Source: Marsupella aquatica
Taxonomy: Eukaryota; Plantae; Marchantiophyta
NCBI GenBank assembly: GCA_973895155.1
Contig: OZ316897.1
Location: forward strand, 4,124,211 to 4,188,210
Length of the DNA: 64,000 bases
Reading direction: 5' to 3'
Shown here: one piece after another, positions 1-14,290 of the stretch
How positions within the stretch are numbered: position 1 is the stretch's first letter
Layout: each line of letters starts with the position of its first letter
Made by a program: the position numbers and the translations under genes
Notes under the pieces: model-generated
Database searches by the model: none
What the model was told of the DNA's origin: nothing
The model's input: the letters and a program-made list of their open reading frames with translations, nothing else

Positions 1-953
1 CTGGTTTTTTGTTGGTTTGGCTTTGGTTATTATTGCTTTGTGGTATAGGAACTCCTATTATAAAGGTGGGTTATGTGCCTTATATGCACTCTAACTTATG
101 TTTATATGAAAGACAATGCACATTTGTGGTTGATGCTTGAGGATTTGAATGATGAAGGCATGGGTGCATGAAAGTTGTTTACTGCCCTCGGTTTATATTC
201 TGGTTTTTCTTGTTTGTTGTGTGAATTTTGGTGCGAGGGTGTGAGTTGCTTTTCTCTATGCATTTGACTTTTTTGAAAAAGAAAAACGAGGTTCCTTTGT
301 AGTTTCGGGTTAATGGATGAGGTGCATTCCTTTGTATGTTTTGCTGTCGTCCCGTTGAGTCATTTTGGGCAGTCACTTCTATGGTATTTTGGTGAAGCGT
401 TGCGGCATGTGCTTGTGTCGCTTCAGATCTTTCCGAGATGCTCCTCTGGTCTTGGCTATGGTGGGGTTTGTTTTTCCACTATGCTCCCTCGTGCTCCCCG
501 GTTCTTCACTTCCTGAACAATGGCTCCTCTTTCGGTGTTGTTTCTTTGATCGGGAGTGATTTCCAGTTGGATTCTGTTCAAATTTTCTTTCTTATGGTAG
601 TCGCTTCGATTCTCCTCGTTGTGAAGAAGCCGGTCCGTCAAATCTCTGTGGTCAGGTACTGTGGTCGGTGAGTTTTTTCTGGCTCACAAGAATGGTGGTT
701 CCTTCCGGTCTCTTGCTCGATTGCTATTTGTATATACAGCGCCCTTAGTTGCTTGTTTTCAATCTTTTCTTCTCAGTCTTGCTTGGCTTGGTCTTGGAAT
801 AGGCCCCCACTTAAATGCCAAGATTTCATTCTGTAACCTTTGGGATCGATCGCACCTTCTCGACAATTTTGCGTTTGTGCTTGAATTAGCATGAATGCTA
901 AGGGATTGGCCGAGAGATTAATAATCTCTCCTTTGGTGAGTTTGACAAATCCA

Positions 954-1057
954 GGGATTTGAATTGTAAAATTGCTATAGGGATTTGAATTGTGAAATTG
1001 ATATGGGGATTCAAATTGTGAAATTGATATGGGGATTAGAATGGTAAAATTGCTATC
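954..1057. repeat. 26-bp tandem repeat, 4 copies (gggatttgaattgtaaaattgctata)
   Basis: Four successive imperfect 26-bp units read directly from the sequence. Confidence 0.85.
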
Positions 1058-1264
1058 ACTTGGTGATTGAGCAACGATGTCTTGTTCCTTATCGGATCTA
1101 TTTGTTTCTTATGGATCGTCTGTCAGGATCTGTGTGTATACACATAGCCATAATCAGAAATGGTCATATTCCCTCTATTTCCTTTGGGGAATCCAGGAGG
1201 TTATGGGATTCACTCAGGAAAATTTCTTCTCTTTCTTCCTTGTTTTGCTGGTAAAAAAATGAGG

Positions 1265-1491
1265 CGTGCTGATAACGTGTTAGGAGATGAGTAATGGATT
1301 AATGATTCTCGTCTCCGTGAGAATGCACGGAATCACTTTGTATAGTGTATGGAGTGAAGAGGCATGGTTACACTTAACCGTGGTAAGCTTAGTCTAGTCT
1401 AGGTCTAGTTGACTCGTAATAAAATTGTGATTGTTTGTATTCAGAACACATAGAATTTATGCCATGTGAAGTGTGTAATCCAATATTAACA
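1265..1491 (-). mobile_element. Putative Ty1/copia (Bianca-like) 5' LTR (1278-1491) with primer-binding site (1265-1277); internal region runs leftward off the window
   Basis: Minus strand reads ...TAACA|CGTTATCAGCACGC, the LTR-end/PBS junction typical of Bianca-lineage copia. The segment 1278-1491 is bounded by TGTTA...TAACA. No gag/pol recognised in 1-1260. Confidence 0.55.
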
Positions 1492-1779
1492 CTACTTTCT
1501 TATGCAACTGAAGCTATAGTGCTTATCCCAAAGCCTCTAACTCCTAAAACTACCATCAACAGACCATATACCATGATTGGTTTACAACTTGTTGATAGCC
1601 TTTCAGTTGTTATTCGGCCTGAAAATGTGGCTTATCTTTCCTATCCACACTTGCCGAATTAATTCTTTCACTGGACTTGTGTCTCGTGCTATGCCGATAC
1701 CACCTTATGCTCTTTGACTTAATCAAACCGTATGTTTGTATTCCGCCCCCAGAATGTACCCATGCAGTTTATTAATTGC

Positions 1780-4130
1780 TTAAGCCAGCTGCTCAAGGGT
1801 CTTCTCAGACTTACACAACCCCCCACACAACCCACACTCACCACAAAAAAAATCTCAATGCCTCACATCCTCTCTGAGTTGAGTGTGGAAGTCTCCAATC
1901 AAGCCGATGCGGTTTGTAATTTGCTCACCAGTTCCACTCCTACTGACTTCAATTGATCAAGCAAAGGATATCAACAACAAGCAATTCTTGGTCTATTGGC
2001 AAGGGCTTGCAAACTAGGCCAAGAAAGGCCAACTCAATTTAAACGATTGCACAAAGATACATGAAAACTTGTTGTTTACTAAATAATACCCCGCGGTCTA
2101 GATTTAACCAAGAGCTTCCTTGATCACAAAGAGACTGATTACACTAGTTAAAGACTTGACTAAGAAAAAGCCCTCGCATCCACACAGCCAAGGTTTTTAT
2201 CCCTGCAACGTTGGTGCCTCAAAGACCTGTGGAAATCCTAACCCCTCAATCACAAACCTACACCGCGATATTCCTGTTTATTATCCTACATCTAATTCAA
2301 TGTTGGATCCAATTTACACCTAAGCCGGAGAGCAGGTGGAACCTGACTCCAACATGATCTATCCTACGCAAGCAACTGAGCGCAACTTGCCCTGTCTTAT
2401 TCTACAATGGTCGTGCCCTTCTAGCCCAAGCTCTTCTCCTTCCGCCGCGTCCTCCCTCCAATAATTGACAAGTGGCCTGCCTTAATTGTCAAATGACCGG
2501 CGGCAACCCTTTACCTTCCGACCCTACATCTTCCTTTGAATCCGGGTTAGCTTGATTGGCTTCGGCATCATCCTTGGGCTTCCTGGCACCGGCAACATCT
2601 TCCTTGGCTACGTCAGATTGCGCAACATTGGCCTTTACTTCCTCAAACCATGCTTGCTCCCCAATTCATTCGGTCTCAATTACCCAAGGCCTCACATTTT
2701 GGTAATATATGGTAGTAGTATCAGTGTTAGAACCCGTTACCGCAGGTCCAATTCAAGTTTATCCACAACACTTAGTACCTCTACCACTGCTTCCTTCACA
2801 GCAACTGTTCCGCAAATGTGGGCGACCATGCTCTCAACTTCCTCTGGGGTGGCCTTAAGCGGCACGGTCTTATCAACTGCCAGCCCCATAAATGTCTTTG
2901 CCAAGTTTGCTACCAATTGCATTGCCTTTCCCCTGGTTACACCAGTCAGCAGTAAGCTCAGCTTTGGCTTCAGTGTGCTCTCAAGTACCATGCCACCAAA
3001 GGGGGTCCTCCCAGCTGGCAATCCCTGTCATGCTTTGACATACTTCTTAAGTTTCTCCATTTGGTTGTCAGCACGCCTCTGCAAACTCACCACGATTTTA
3101 ACCTTGGACTCCAGCTCTCCCGATAAGTCCTCTACTTCATCACCAAGCCGATATATTTTTGCTTTGGCTTCTTTCAATTCCTCGTTGAGGAGATGCACGA
3201 CCTCAAACTCCTGCTTATCCATTGCTGCCTTCCATGAATCATTGATGAATATTAACTTGGTAAGCTCAGCCAAGCACTTATCCTTTAGCTTTGTAATCTC
3301 CACTTGGTGCTCATTTCATACCTGCGGCACCAGCTTTAGGGAATCACTGACATTTTGGCTCAGCCTCCAAACGGTCAAGAAGATTGTCCAGTTTCCTCTT
3401 CAGTTGGCATGTGCCAAGGCCTTATTGAAATGGTTGAGCTGGTCTTGTTTTATTGCTCTAAGCTTCCCAGTTTGCTGAAGAAGACCCTAGACTTCTTCCT
3501 TTGTACTGACCAACTCCATCTGGACCTTGGTCAGCTTCTCCTTAATTTGTTGGTTATCCGCTCAATAGTCCTCTAATTGCTGACTCGCGACCCCCAACTC
3601 CTATTGTTTAATCAATAGTTTGTCCTAAACCTGCTGATTAACTCCCACCTTAGCAGCTTCGGCTTCCATCTTCCTAAGCCAAACAATCAATTCCTCCTTC
3701 TTCAACCGCTCCAAAGTCATTGCATCTCCTTTCTAATAAAGGGCCCAAACTCTAACTCGTTACCAAAAATCCCCAAAGCTAAGAGTCCACACATGTCTTC
3801 ATACTCCTTAGCTCTACTGATTGCATAGTTAGACCTTCCAAGAAATACTGGCATTTGCCAATCAAAGACCGTGAGAGGCTCGGCCTGCTTCTCACTAAGC
3901 CACCTTATTTCCTCCAACAATTCTCCTCCTAGTAGACCCTCCTCCAGGTCTTAATCTTGGCTTCCCAATTCCCTAAGCTTCTCCTGAAGTTTGGCTTTAA
4001 CAACCTTCATCTTGTCAAACTCGTGAGGTGCCATATCAGGTGGCGGAGACTCTGGATTGATCTGATCGGGGATCTGATCTTTTGGATTTCCATAGATTAC
4101 CCCTGGATCCTCACTCCGTATAAAAGAAGT
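1780..4130 (-). pseudogene. Degenerate, 5'-truncated copy of the coiled-coil accessory ORF family seen at 39291-42926, plus homologous downstream non-coding DNA
   Basis: Shared peptides: PESPPPDMAP vs PESPPPNVAP; EYEDMCGLLALGIFGNELEFGPF vs EYGEMCGELALGIFGEELEVGPF; LQRRADNQMEKLKK vs LQRRADNQTERLKK. Many stops. Confidence 0.8.
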
Positions 4131-4452
4131 AGACCCCCTGCAATTGGGCCCTCTTCCTGCTTAATTACCCCTTATTATTTCCATTTTACTATAAAAAGTT
4201 CCCTTATTATCGGTAATAATTATAATTATTAGTTCAAAATGAATAAAAACTATTGTTCAAGCGTTTGCATGTCCTCCACGTATTGTTAAGACTGAGGGCC
4301 CAGGGTAGATTACCGATGGAAATCTTCTATGAAATCCACCTAATGTTCTGAATCCTGGCACTGGCCTATCCCCATGATCAACTTAATCCTTGTCATAGTC
4401 CTCAACATTAACCCTAATTGTATTGGTGCTGCAGGCTGACTACTTACCTCAA

Positions 4453-4807
4453 GGGGGGTATTTACAAACGACAGGAAACAGGAAACAGTAACAGGAAACA
4501 GTTACTGGTAACAGGAAAGTGGGTGGTAATTTTTTTGGATTTTTCTTTTGGGATTTTTTTTGGAAAAAGTTTTTTGGGGGAAAAAAGTTTTTTTTGTTTT
4601 GGTTTGTCATCATCATATTGCTAGCGCCCGGAGCTAACAATAGCAGCGCTTGGTGCTCGCAAAAAAAACCCATGATTTTAATTATTTTGAAAAATAAAAC
4701 TTTAAAAATGGTATATTTTTAGATCGTGTTTTTACTGGTAACAGTAAAATTTTTTGCTGGTACCAGTAATCCTGTTTTCCTGTTTCCTGTCTCGGTGGTG
4801 ATGCCCC
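4453..4807. mobile_element. MITE-like element (~355 bp) with imperfect GGGG...CCCC TIRs and acaggaaac subterminal repeats
   Basis: Left end gggggtatttacaaacgacaggaaacaggaaacag; reverse complement of right end ggggcatcaccaccgagacaggaaacaggaaaacag. A related inverted copy lies at ~13965-14290. No TSD found. Confidence 0.65.
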
Positions 4808-4974
4808 GTACACAAACACACAAAAGGCAGAATAATTAAAGAGAAGCAATAAACAAAGCATCAAATGTATCAACCCCAATGCATAAATTAAGCTCAAAAG
4901 ATATGGGGATTAACACACCCAAAGTTAAGATAGATAAATGAACACTATAATGGTAATGGCAACAAGGTTAGGTA

Positions 4975-5790
4975 CTAGTTGGACCTGAAATATTTCCCTT
5001 GTGTCCACATTGCCATCCAAGATGTTACTTCTCTCAAAGGGCCATGAACAATGCTCCGCACATCATCCGTGATAGGAGGAAAGTATGATACATCTCCTCT
5101 TTGTGCCACCATGTTATCCAACTCAACCAAATTCTGCTTCAAATAGTCATGCAATTTAGGCAATTGTACTCATACTTTTGGCATTCTCATAAAACTCCCT
5201 CCATTCATCCATGATGTTGCTATAATTACTCAACATGAATGTTGTCAACTGTGACCACTCTGTTGATGTCAACATGCACATCTTTTTGGCTCTTGTTAAA
5301 CGGTCCTCCTCCACATCCCTCTCCTCCATCCAAGTACGTGGGCAAGTAGGACCAATTGTGACCAAGATGTTACTACAATAGAACATACTCTCTGCTGCCA
5401 AATATCATGTAGCTATACTCCCCTCCACGCGTGCACGATTATGTAATAAGCCTTCAATACAGCCATGTATCACTCCAACCAATACATCCATCAACAATAC
5501 ACTAGACCAGCAATAGCAACCTCACGCGCAAGATGCACAAGTAAGTGAACTTGACAATTAAAGAAGGAGGGAGGGAGGGCCTTCTCTAACTTGCACACCA
5601 CCTCAGCTACCAATACCTCCATCTTGGGGATCTCATCTACATATATCTCCTTTGAGCATATCGATCTCAACAAACAACCCAATGACCAAATGGCATCTTG
5701 CACTTACATCTTGACTGCCAAGACCTATGATTGCCACTGGCAATATATATGTTGCAATAAACGGTGATAGTCATGTGTCTTGAGATACCG
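4975..5790 (-). pseudogene. CACTA (En/Spm) Tnp2/TnpD transposase remnant, DUF4218 region
   Basis: LKTHDYHRLLQHILPVA...VVCKLEKALPPSFFNCQVHLLVHLAREVAIAG..WMYWLE are characteristic CACTA motifs. Broken by stops and frameshifts. Confidence 0.85.
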
Positions 5791-8649
5791 TGGCCACTTG
5801 TGATTGTCCTCCATCCCAAAAGCCTTCAGAAGATTGGCAAGCTTTCCAAGGAGGAGCAGAAGAGAGTGATCACACAGGTCAAGGATGCATAAATTTCAAA
5901 ATGGACCAGACCTGGACAAAACTTGGGTTGCAGACAGAATTTCAAATTCAATGTCTCAGGCTCGATATCATGACAAGAAGAAGATGTCACACCATTCTAG
6001 GTAGTGTTAGAGTGTATCGTACTATCTAGATCCATATGTTTGGTATGTGTGCTATATGAGCCAATAAGGTTCCGTCAGGTTTGTGTGAGAGGGTACTTCT
6101 CATTTGTGAGGCATTGAAAGGTCATCTTTCAATGTTGAGCCTTGGAGAGAGAGGAGCTTGAGTGGCTATGGTGGCCGTGAGCTCCGCTTGTGTAACGTGG
6201 ATTCCTTGAGTAGTGCAAGGTGCATTGGCTTGACATACGTGTGTGATCAGATCGGTGCGGGATCGATGGGGTATTGTTGACCGGGATCGTTGTGCCGATT
6301 GTATGGAGATTATTGTGGGTTTTGGACATGTGTGGACATGAGTTCCACTTGTATTCCATTCTCTTGTATTTGTGATGTGGCAGTGTGACTATGTTTGGAT
6401 GTATGTGACAAACAATGTATGTTGTGTAGCGATGTGTATGCGCACGACAAAGATCAGGGCCTAATGAGGGAGATTGAGGACTACAAGAACTTGAGGAGGC
6501 CTCTGCAATTCTTAGAAGAAATGTGGAAGGCCTTCTACCAGTTTGAGGTGCAAATCAAGTCCAGCAAGAATCTGCAAGCAGCAATTGACAAGCTTAGAAA
6601 ATCAAACAAGGCCAGGAAGACAACCCGCTGTCGTGAAGTTCATGGGCGATGTCGGGAAAGCCCGGGCTTCTGTCTGTCGGAAGAACAATGCGCTATGACG
6701 TGCTAATAAAACACTATGATCATTACCCAAAAATGCTCAATTGTCATGGGAACAACAAACGGAATCGGGGATGAAATGATCATGGTATATGCCGACTCCC
6801 CAAAGTTTCTGATAATGAAGGCTCGAAACTCAGTTTTTTGGCGGCATATCACCCAAACACTACAATCTATACTAAAATTAGGCCTAGGAACTCTATTGAG
6901 GTCCATCTTGTAATTTAGAATCACAGTACAAGCTTTTTGAGCAGAGGAAATTTACCTACGGTTGTCAATTTTCTTTGTACCATATCAAACAAGCCAAGTG
7001 CTTACTATCCTATCATCCCTCAAAGGTTCGAGTCAAGATTCTATCTCCATCAATAGGTACAAAGAAAAATGGTGGACCTATCTAGATTGTAGGCTATGAA
7101 GACCCTGTCACCGTCACCATCTATATATCTTACTTAAAGATAGATATACCCTCAAAACCTTTTCCTAGGCATGACATAGCTTCTTGTCTATTTCCAGGAA
7201 AAAATTTCAAATATGCATCTTATTCTAGGAAAACATTAAAACAATATTCGAACTCAGAAAAATATGGTTCTATTTGAGCATAACTTTCTAGTATTATACC
7301 AAAATCAAGTGATTCCAAAAGCAAACTTGGTGAACTGATCAAGGTGATGAAAGTTAGAATACTATTTCCCTTAGAAAAATATATCATAATGATTTCCTAT
7401 ATAGTACAACCTTTTTAATAACTTTCTAACAATGTCACATCTTTAGCTTCCAAGCACATTCTATGAATTCTTATACTTCCCACACTATTCTTGCACATAA
7501 GTTTGGAATAACAAAGAAAACTCACCATGCCACCCCCAAGCGGCATGCCTCTTATTTATAGTGCTTTGGAGGGGTAATGACTCACCCCTTTGGTACACAT
7601 CGTCCAATAATATTTGAACATGTAAATAACAAGGTGTTTGGATGCTATTGGGCATGTTTTCATGTTTATCCTCCTTTCGACACCTAATTGGCCATGTGTT
7701 TGATTCTAAATGGACATGCAACCATGCAAGGCCTTTTTACACATGTATGCCACGTATCCCTATATATTTTGCTATGTCGCAAATCTAGTGGAAAAATAAA
7801 GCCTATACTCTAGTTTCCTATAGCCTACAATACTTTATTTAGAAGTGTTTTGTCATCACTCTAACCCATCATAGGATGCCTAAATTTTATAACTAGGCAT
7901 GATGAATCACCAAACTAGCTACTATGTTAAAACATAAAAATATATAACCCACTTATGTGCATATGTAAGCGTGGGTAAGAACAAAGGTTGAGCGGATTCT
8001 TCAACCTCCCGAAGGAATCGCACACCAAAGTGATGCACGATGAATTGCCGAACGTGAACTTTCTCCATAACCCGAAACTGAAATTCAACGTGATTTGGAA
8101 ATCCAACTGGCGCCCCGTGCACTCCGTCCATTGTTGCCTTTTTGCGTTAGAGTTGTTGCTTCCTCCTCTCGTTCCTCGTTTCTTTATGAATCGGCAACCC
8201 GCTGCAAGCATATGTACCTGACTTGTGGTCTTATTTGTCATCTTAAGTCGAGATGTTGCAAACCCAAAATATACCCGTGTAACTTAGGTGTACTATTTGC
8301 ACCAAAGTTACCACGACACCGCGATCTGAAGCCCTTGGAGTAGCAAGTAGTAGTCATGTAGAAAGTTGTGGATGAAGAGGGTCAGCCACCCAAGAAGTTC
8401 TTCCAAGCTGCTGCATGAGTGACGAGCCGTTCCAAGGTCACTCACAGAATGGGGCAAGGTGGACTCCTTGGCCTGAAGGCAGCCTTTGTGAGTGCCCTCC
8501 CCTTTCCCTACTACTTGGCTTCTTTCCCCAATGAATTGTAATGTGCAATGCCCCAACCTCTTTCCTCTCCTCTTGGTTTTGCCTTGCCCTAATTATATGC
8601 TCTGACACATAAGGCAGAAAGTACTTCTTCTTTTTTCTGTCACATAATA

Positions 8650-8779
8650 GACTTTGCGAAGCTCTTGCAAAGCGGATTTCTTTGCACCAGCTTCGCAAAG
8701 CCTATCATGAATGTTTTGGTTGAAGACTTTGCGATACCTTTGCGAAGAAATCCGCTTTGCAAAAAATATCGTAACGACT
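8650..8779. repeat. Imperfect inverted repeat (~57-bp arms, ~13-nt loop) built of ttgcRaag units
   Basis: ttgcaaagcggatttctttgca (8665-8686) pairs with ttgcgaagaaatccgctttgcaa (8740-8762). Pairing extends imperfectly on both sides. Confidence 0.7.
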
Positions 8780-11700
8780 TTGCAAGTGATGAAGCTTCGC
8801 ATTTTGCAAAGGCTTGCACTTCGCAAATTGAAAATTTTAAAAATTTTAAATTTTTTTGTTAAGTGTCTAAGTTGTGTGTTGGGTTTGAATGATGTGCATA
8901 TTTGGGATCCCATAGGTTCAATTATGTGGCTTTCAGAGCCTGATGGTTTTTCATTTAATTGTGGCCCTTGAAAGTATAAGAAGTACCACCACAAATCACC
9001 CTAGAAGAGATGAAGGTAGGGGCAAAGCTAGGTGCAAAACATCTCTTTGACATCACGGATGCAACATTGGCTAGTGTAAGTCTCAACACTGCAATTTTCT
9101 AATTGTGTGCATGTGTTTATTTTGCAAGGTTGTTGTCTTGACTTTTTCTTGTTTTATTTGTGACCTCCCCTAATTTGTGTGCTTCAAGCAGGATGATGAT
9201 GAGCCGGATGTGGAGGGGGGTGAGGAGCCAATTTTTGATGTTAGCAACAACGATTTGGATGAGCAGAATAGTCAAAGTCATCCCACTAGCAGGCCGGTTG
9301 GTTCCACCTTTGTAGGTGGTAGTAGTTCACGCACACGAGCTCGAGGAGAACCAGCACCTAAGCCAAAGGATGAGGATGAGACGAGGACGATCAGGTTGGG
9401 GAAAGGCAGCAAGACAATGAGGCACAGGAGGCAAAGCCAGAGCCAGAGCCAGAATCCGTACCCATGCCCATGCCTGTGCCCCGCGGTGGGGGGGAGAGGA
9501 GTCGGACCAGAAAGAGGAGTAGGAAGGCCCCATTCTAGATGTTATTTAGTAGAGGTAGCCTTCTAGATATAGGCTAGGCTAGGCGTGCACACTATCTACA
9601 TATAGACAGGGTTCTTTGTAACCCTAATTTTTGTACCTGAAGGCATTTTGCCTCTTCTTATACATACGTTTTGGGGTATATCCTGGCTCCAATGTGTCCT
9701 AATAACCCTCAATACAACCTCCCAAGCCTGAAGGACTTGCAAAGCACTTAAGAAACTCTATTCATCGTAGATGAGCAATTCTGTACAAATTGCAAAATTG
9801 CAATACCAAATGCTTATCAAACTTGCCTTCTAGTGACTATTATCTATACATAACTTATGTACAAAAATATTTTTCTGGCCTAACCCAAACTACATGATTC
9901 TTGGCGAGGGATCACAGAAGTTGCAAATCAAAATTTAAGGACTTCTTGGTTGCCCCTTCCAAGTATTGCATTGCATTATTAATTTGTGGTCTAGACTACT
10001 GCAAAAGTTGTTTGACTTAAATTTTGGATGACCTTGAAATTCATGAGTAAAATTGGTTATTTAGCTGGCTTTGCAATAGATAAAGTGTAATTATGGAGAT
10101 TATTGGCACAGTGGATAGTTTAATTACTATTTGAAATTGTTATAGTACATACTTATGTTTATTATTTGTTCAAATTGATAAACATGTGCGTCATTGACAA
10201 CATTTGTGACCCTTAAAATCTCACCAATTAGGGAGTCTTTACATATGAAAAGAAATTTTGTAGTTTTTCATCCCAATTATAATGACAGAGGCAAATTATG
10301 CAATCTTTTGATGAAATATGTGTTGAGCTTGGCAACAAGGTGAGGTGTTTATCTCACAAGCGAGACTATTATTGATGATATGGTTACTAAATGTCCAACA
10401 ATGCTAGTATTCAAGTCTTGTATTTAATGGGATAACATGTTTTAAACACTTTCCTGAAATGGTCAAGAGATGTGATTCATCATGATTGTTTCAAAGTATT
10501 GGGAATAAATTTTACAGAATTGGTATTTGATCTAGGGGAATGATATATTATCAGACTAATATGTCATAATTTTTTGGATTTCTTTTAGATGTAGCAAAAT
10601 TTTGTAGTTATTTTTTTGCAAACCAAACTTAATAGTTATTTGGTTTAGGCAAAGTTGTACTAGATTTGGTTTAGGCAAAGGCCAATCTGAGTGAATGGTT
10701 TTTAAAAAAGGAATAGGAACTAATAGAAAAATCTAATAAACTATTTTGGAAGATTCTTGGATGTGACCTTGCAAAGCTAGTGAGTGCAATATGAGGATAC
10801 TCTGACAATTAATATTGACCAGAGAATAAACAAACCAAAGTCTGGATCATGTAAAATTTTGTGTTCAATCTTCCACATTGACTATTATACGTAAACTAAT
10901 GATTTTACACCCAATTATGACAAAATCTAGATAAAAAATGTTCTCATTGACTATGTACATACATATGTATTTTACATTAAAGAGATTGTGTGCACCTAAA
11001 AGTGAATTAAATATAGAATGGACCCAAGGTTTATATTTAGTATTGTATTTGAATTTTTGGTACTTTTGTAACAACAAATTACTCAGAGCGCTTATGGTAA
11101 CAAGAGCATGATTGCTCTCTCTCTCTAAAAAATATATTTCTTAATAATATTTCCTCCTTATTAAACACAAAATAAATACTCTATGAAATATAGGATTTTG
11201 CAAATTAATATTAATATCAAAATACTAATTTTTATATTCAGCAAGGTATTTAAGAATTTAAGGGTACAATGGTTTTCTAAATTGAATTTATTTATAAAAA
11301 TCTATTTGTATTGTCACCCATAGATTGTCAATGTCATCCAACCCTACTTTAGTTACGGGATTAAGGTAGTTATCATAACTACAACTACATATATACCTAG
11401 GGAGGTATTAGTAAACACCCATGAATGAATGAATGAATCTCAATTGTTGGTGAACTTAACATTTTCTCTCCTAAGAATTATGTCCACCTCTCAACACATT
11501 CTCAACACGTATTGACCTTACTAGAAACTGAGCAAGGCTATGGGCTATGGCAAATTAAAAGCATTGAAACAAAATCAATTTCATAGAGGAAATTGAATAT
11601 TACGTAACATAATCTACAACAAAAAAGGGGACTTTATCGTAAGCCAATAGAGAATGACACGCAATGGAGTCTATTGGCTTTGGGCAATGAAGCTTAATTT

Positions 11701-12754
11701 CAGGGCATTTGAAAGATTGTCAAGATTTGAAAGACCACCTTGAAAGAGTCTATTAATCAATCAAATAGGGGACTTTCTTCTTGAAGAACACAAAATTCCA
11801 TAATTTAGTGGGCCGATCTTGTTTTGGACAATGCATGAAAAATAAAGCACAAGCCTAAGTGGAATGGGAAAAAATTACGTAGGTGCAGACCATGATAGAT
11901 TTGAACATTGCCACTATGTAGGAACTGAGAGATTTGGCCATTGTGAACGCGGTTGTGAACAACATTATAACGCTGTCTGGATGACCGTGTTTTCTGGTAA
12001 GAGCATGTTGGCTCTTATGAAATCAACTTTGCATGTCCATAAGTTTTACACTAAAACCAAAATGATAACTCTTGTAAGAAGGGTAGTGAGTATTAAGAAA
12101 GGTTCAGGTAAAACTAATATACTATTAAATCTTACTCCTATTTAGATTCATGACTTCAATAAAGGACAAAGATAATGCACTCTCATTCCTCTTGATAAGA
12201 CACCACTGGATATACTATTGGCTCATTAAAACTCATAACAACAACTATAAATTGAGCTCCAAAGTGATAAGTTAAATGTTGTCTCATGGATGGCTTGTCC
12301 AAAAGATGGACTTTAACCAAAAATGGGTTACGAAGGGGAAGATTAGGGATATCTCTCCCTCCTGGATTCATATAACTTTCTTGTTCCTTTGCTATCCGGA
12401 CCAAAGGATGCCCTACCCCTAAGTTCCCAAAGAGACCTTGTCCCTAAAGTCTAATTTATAAGTTTATCACTCATTCCTTTGCTATCCGGGCCAAAGGATG
12501 CCCCATTACCTATGTACATAAGGCAAAGAATAGAAGAGAAAAATGAGAGAAGAAAAGAGGATCGTTTCAACACAGAAATGATCAAAATGTGGGAATAAGG
12601 AGAAAGTGCCCCTCACCACTTTATTTATATTGAATCCAAGAGGGCATGGATTACGCTCACGCTTGGATGAAAGCCAAGTGGCACACATCCAACGTAGGAA
12701 TGTGTGCTAGTACTATTGCAATCAAAACAAATGATGCATGCAAGTAAAATGACT

Positions 12755-13070
12755 AATGCATGTACCTAAAACAATTTGTGCATGCATGCACCTTGTGGCT
12801 TGCATATTTGTTCACCTTGCATACGCATAAAATAATTTGTGCATGCACCTTGTGGCTTGCACATTTGCTCACCTTGCATGTGCATAAAACAAATAATGCA
12901 TACAAATAAAATAATTTGCATGCATATAAAATAATTTGTGCATGCACCTTGTGTCTTGCACATTTGTTCACCTTGCATGCACATAAAACAAAGTCTAATG
13001 CATGCAAATAAAACAATTTATGCATGCATCTTGTGATTTGCATAGTTACTTATGTTGCATGCACATAAGT
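12755..13070. repeat. Imperfect minisatellite (~60-bp core tgcatgcaccttgtggcttgcacatttgttcaccttgcat...)
   Basis: About 4 degenerate copies visible. They also explain the repetitive ORFs 12753..13043 and 12766..12984. Confidence 0.8.
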
Positions 13071-13964
13071 AATAGTTAAACTATTTAGTTACCCCATAAC
13101 AAAATATAAACATAACTTATACACTAAATAATATATTTAGTGATAATAATTTCATCATGGATAATTAAATTATCACAACAACACTCAAGAATCATAAGTC
13201 ACGGATGTACGTTCAGGCTCTAGACGATGGCGAGATAATTACAAATCAATCTCTTGGAAAAATATTGCCCCTGGAGATTAGCTACACACACATGGACAAG
13301 ATCTTGGCCAATCGAGTACCAAATTTCACAATGAGACTTGCCGAGATAAGGGCATATTCACGGTGGCTCCATTCACTTGAAGATTGAAGTGCATCAGGTA
13401 TAAAAAAAAGTCATATTAGGCTTCTACATAATATACATTCTATGTTGTACTCCTATGAGTTAATTTAGAGTCATAGATCTTGATAGATTACTCCATCTCA
13501 TCCTCAAATAAGCTAAGAAATATATATCTATTCCTAAAATAATTATTATTCACTTGTCCTGGAAGGGATCTTGGCTATGCTGGGAAAATAGGCAAAGCCT
13601 TATGTTGATCAGTTTTGGACCATTAACTTGTTTTACCTGGCTTGAATTCCAAAGCCTACGTGACAAGAACATGTAGCAAATCTGGCACACCCAACTTTGC
13701 ATGTCCAGAAAATGGAATAGACATCTTAATATTTAATAAAGAATATTCATTTAATATCTAGAGTCTAATTTTAAGTGGCCATGCATGTAGCTTCTTAGTT
13801 GAGGCTTTATTTTCTTCTTGTTGGATAAGTCTTTGATTGCTTTCATAGCAATGATTTAACTTGGCATCCTAATCAAGATTATGAATTCCTTGAATATATT
13901 ACACAAACTAATCATACAAATGTTAGTAATAAGCCCTGGCTCCATATATAGCATTCAATGTGAG

Positions 13965-14290
13965 GCTTTACACCGTGTCAGGAAATAGAAAAATTATTTC
14001 CTATTATGAGAAAAACTTCACAGTTATGAACAAAATTGAAATATAAAAAATATTTTTATTAAATTAAACTTCAATTTTTAAAAATATTTTTAAAAATGAT
14101 CATTTTTGGCTAGCACCAGACGCTACTATTACTAGCTTTGGGCGCTAGTAAAAAAATGTCAAAAATACAAACAAACAAAAATTTCTAAAAGAAAATTCCA
14201 AAAAAAAAAAATCTCAAAAAAATCTCAAAAAATTGTCATGCATTTGTTGTTTACTGTTTGCTGTTTCCTAGCATGGTGGTTATAACCTTC
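13965..14290 (-). mobile_element. Diverged inverted copy of the MITE family at 4453-4807
   Basis: Reverse complement ctagcgcccaaagctagtaatagtagcgtctggtgctagccaaaaa matches ctagcgcccggagctaacaatagcagcgcttggtgctcgcaaaaa (4621-4665), with the same poly-T tracts. Confidence 0.65.

Noticed and set aside
2552-3478. 308-aa plus-strand ORF
   Set aside because: Antisense shadow of the minus-strand coiled-coil pseudogene.
5790-12200. hAT-like or other TE remnants (BED-finger-like trace near 7600-7740, acidic exon 9177-9566, 10150-10850)
   Set aside because: Too degenerate to assign without a search.
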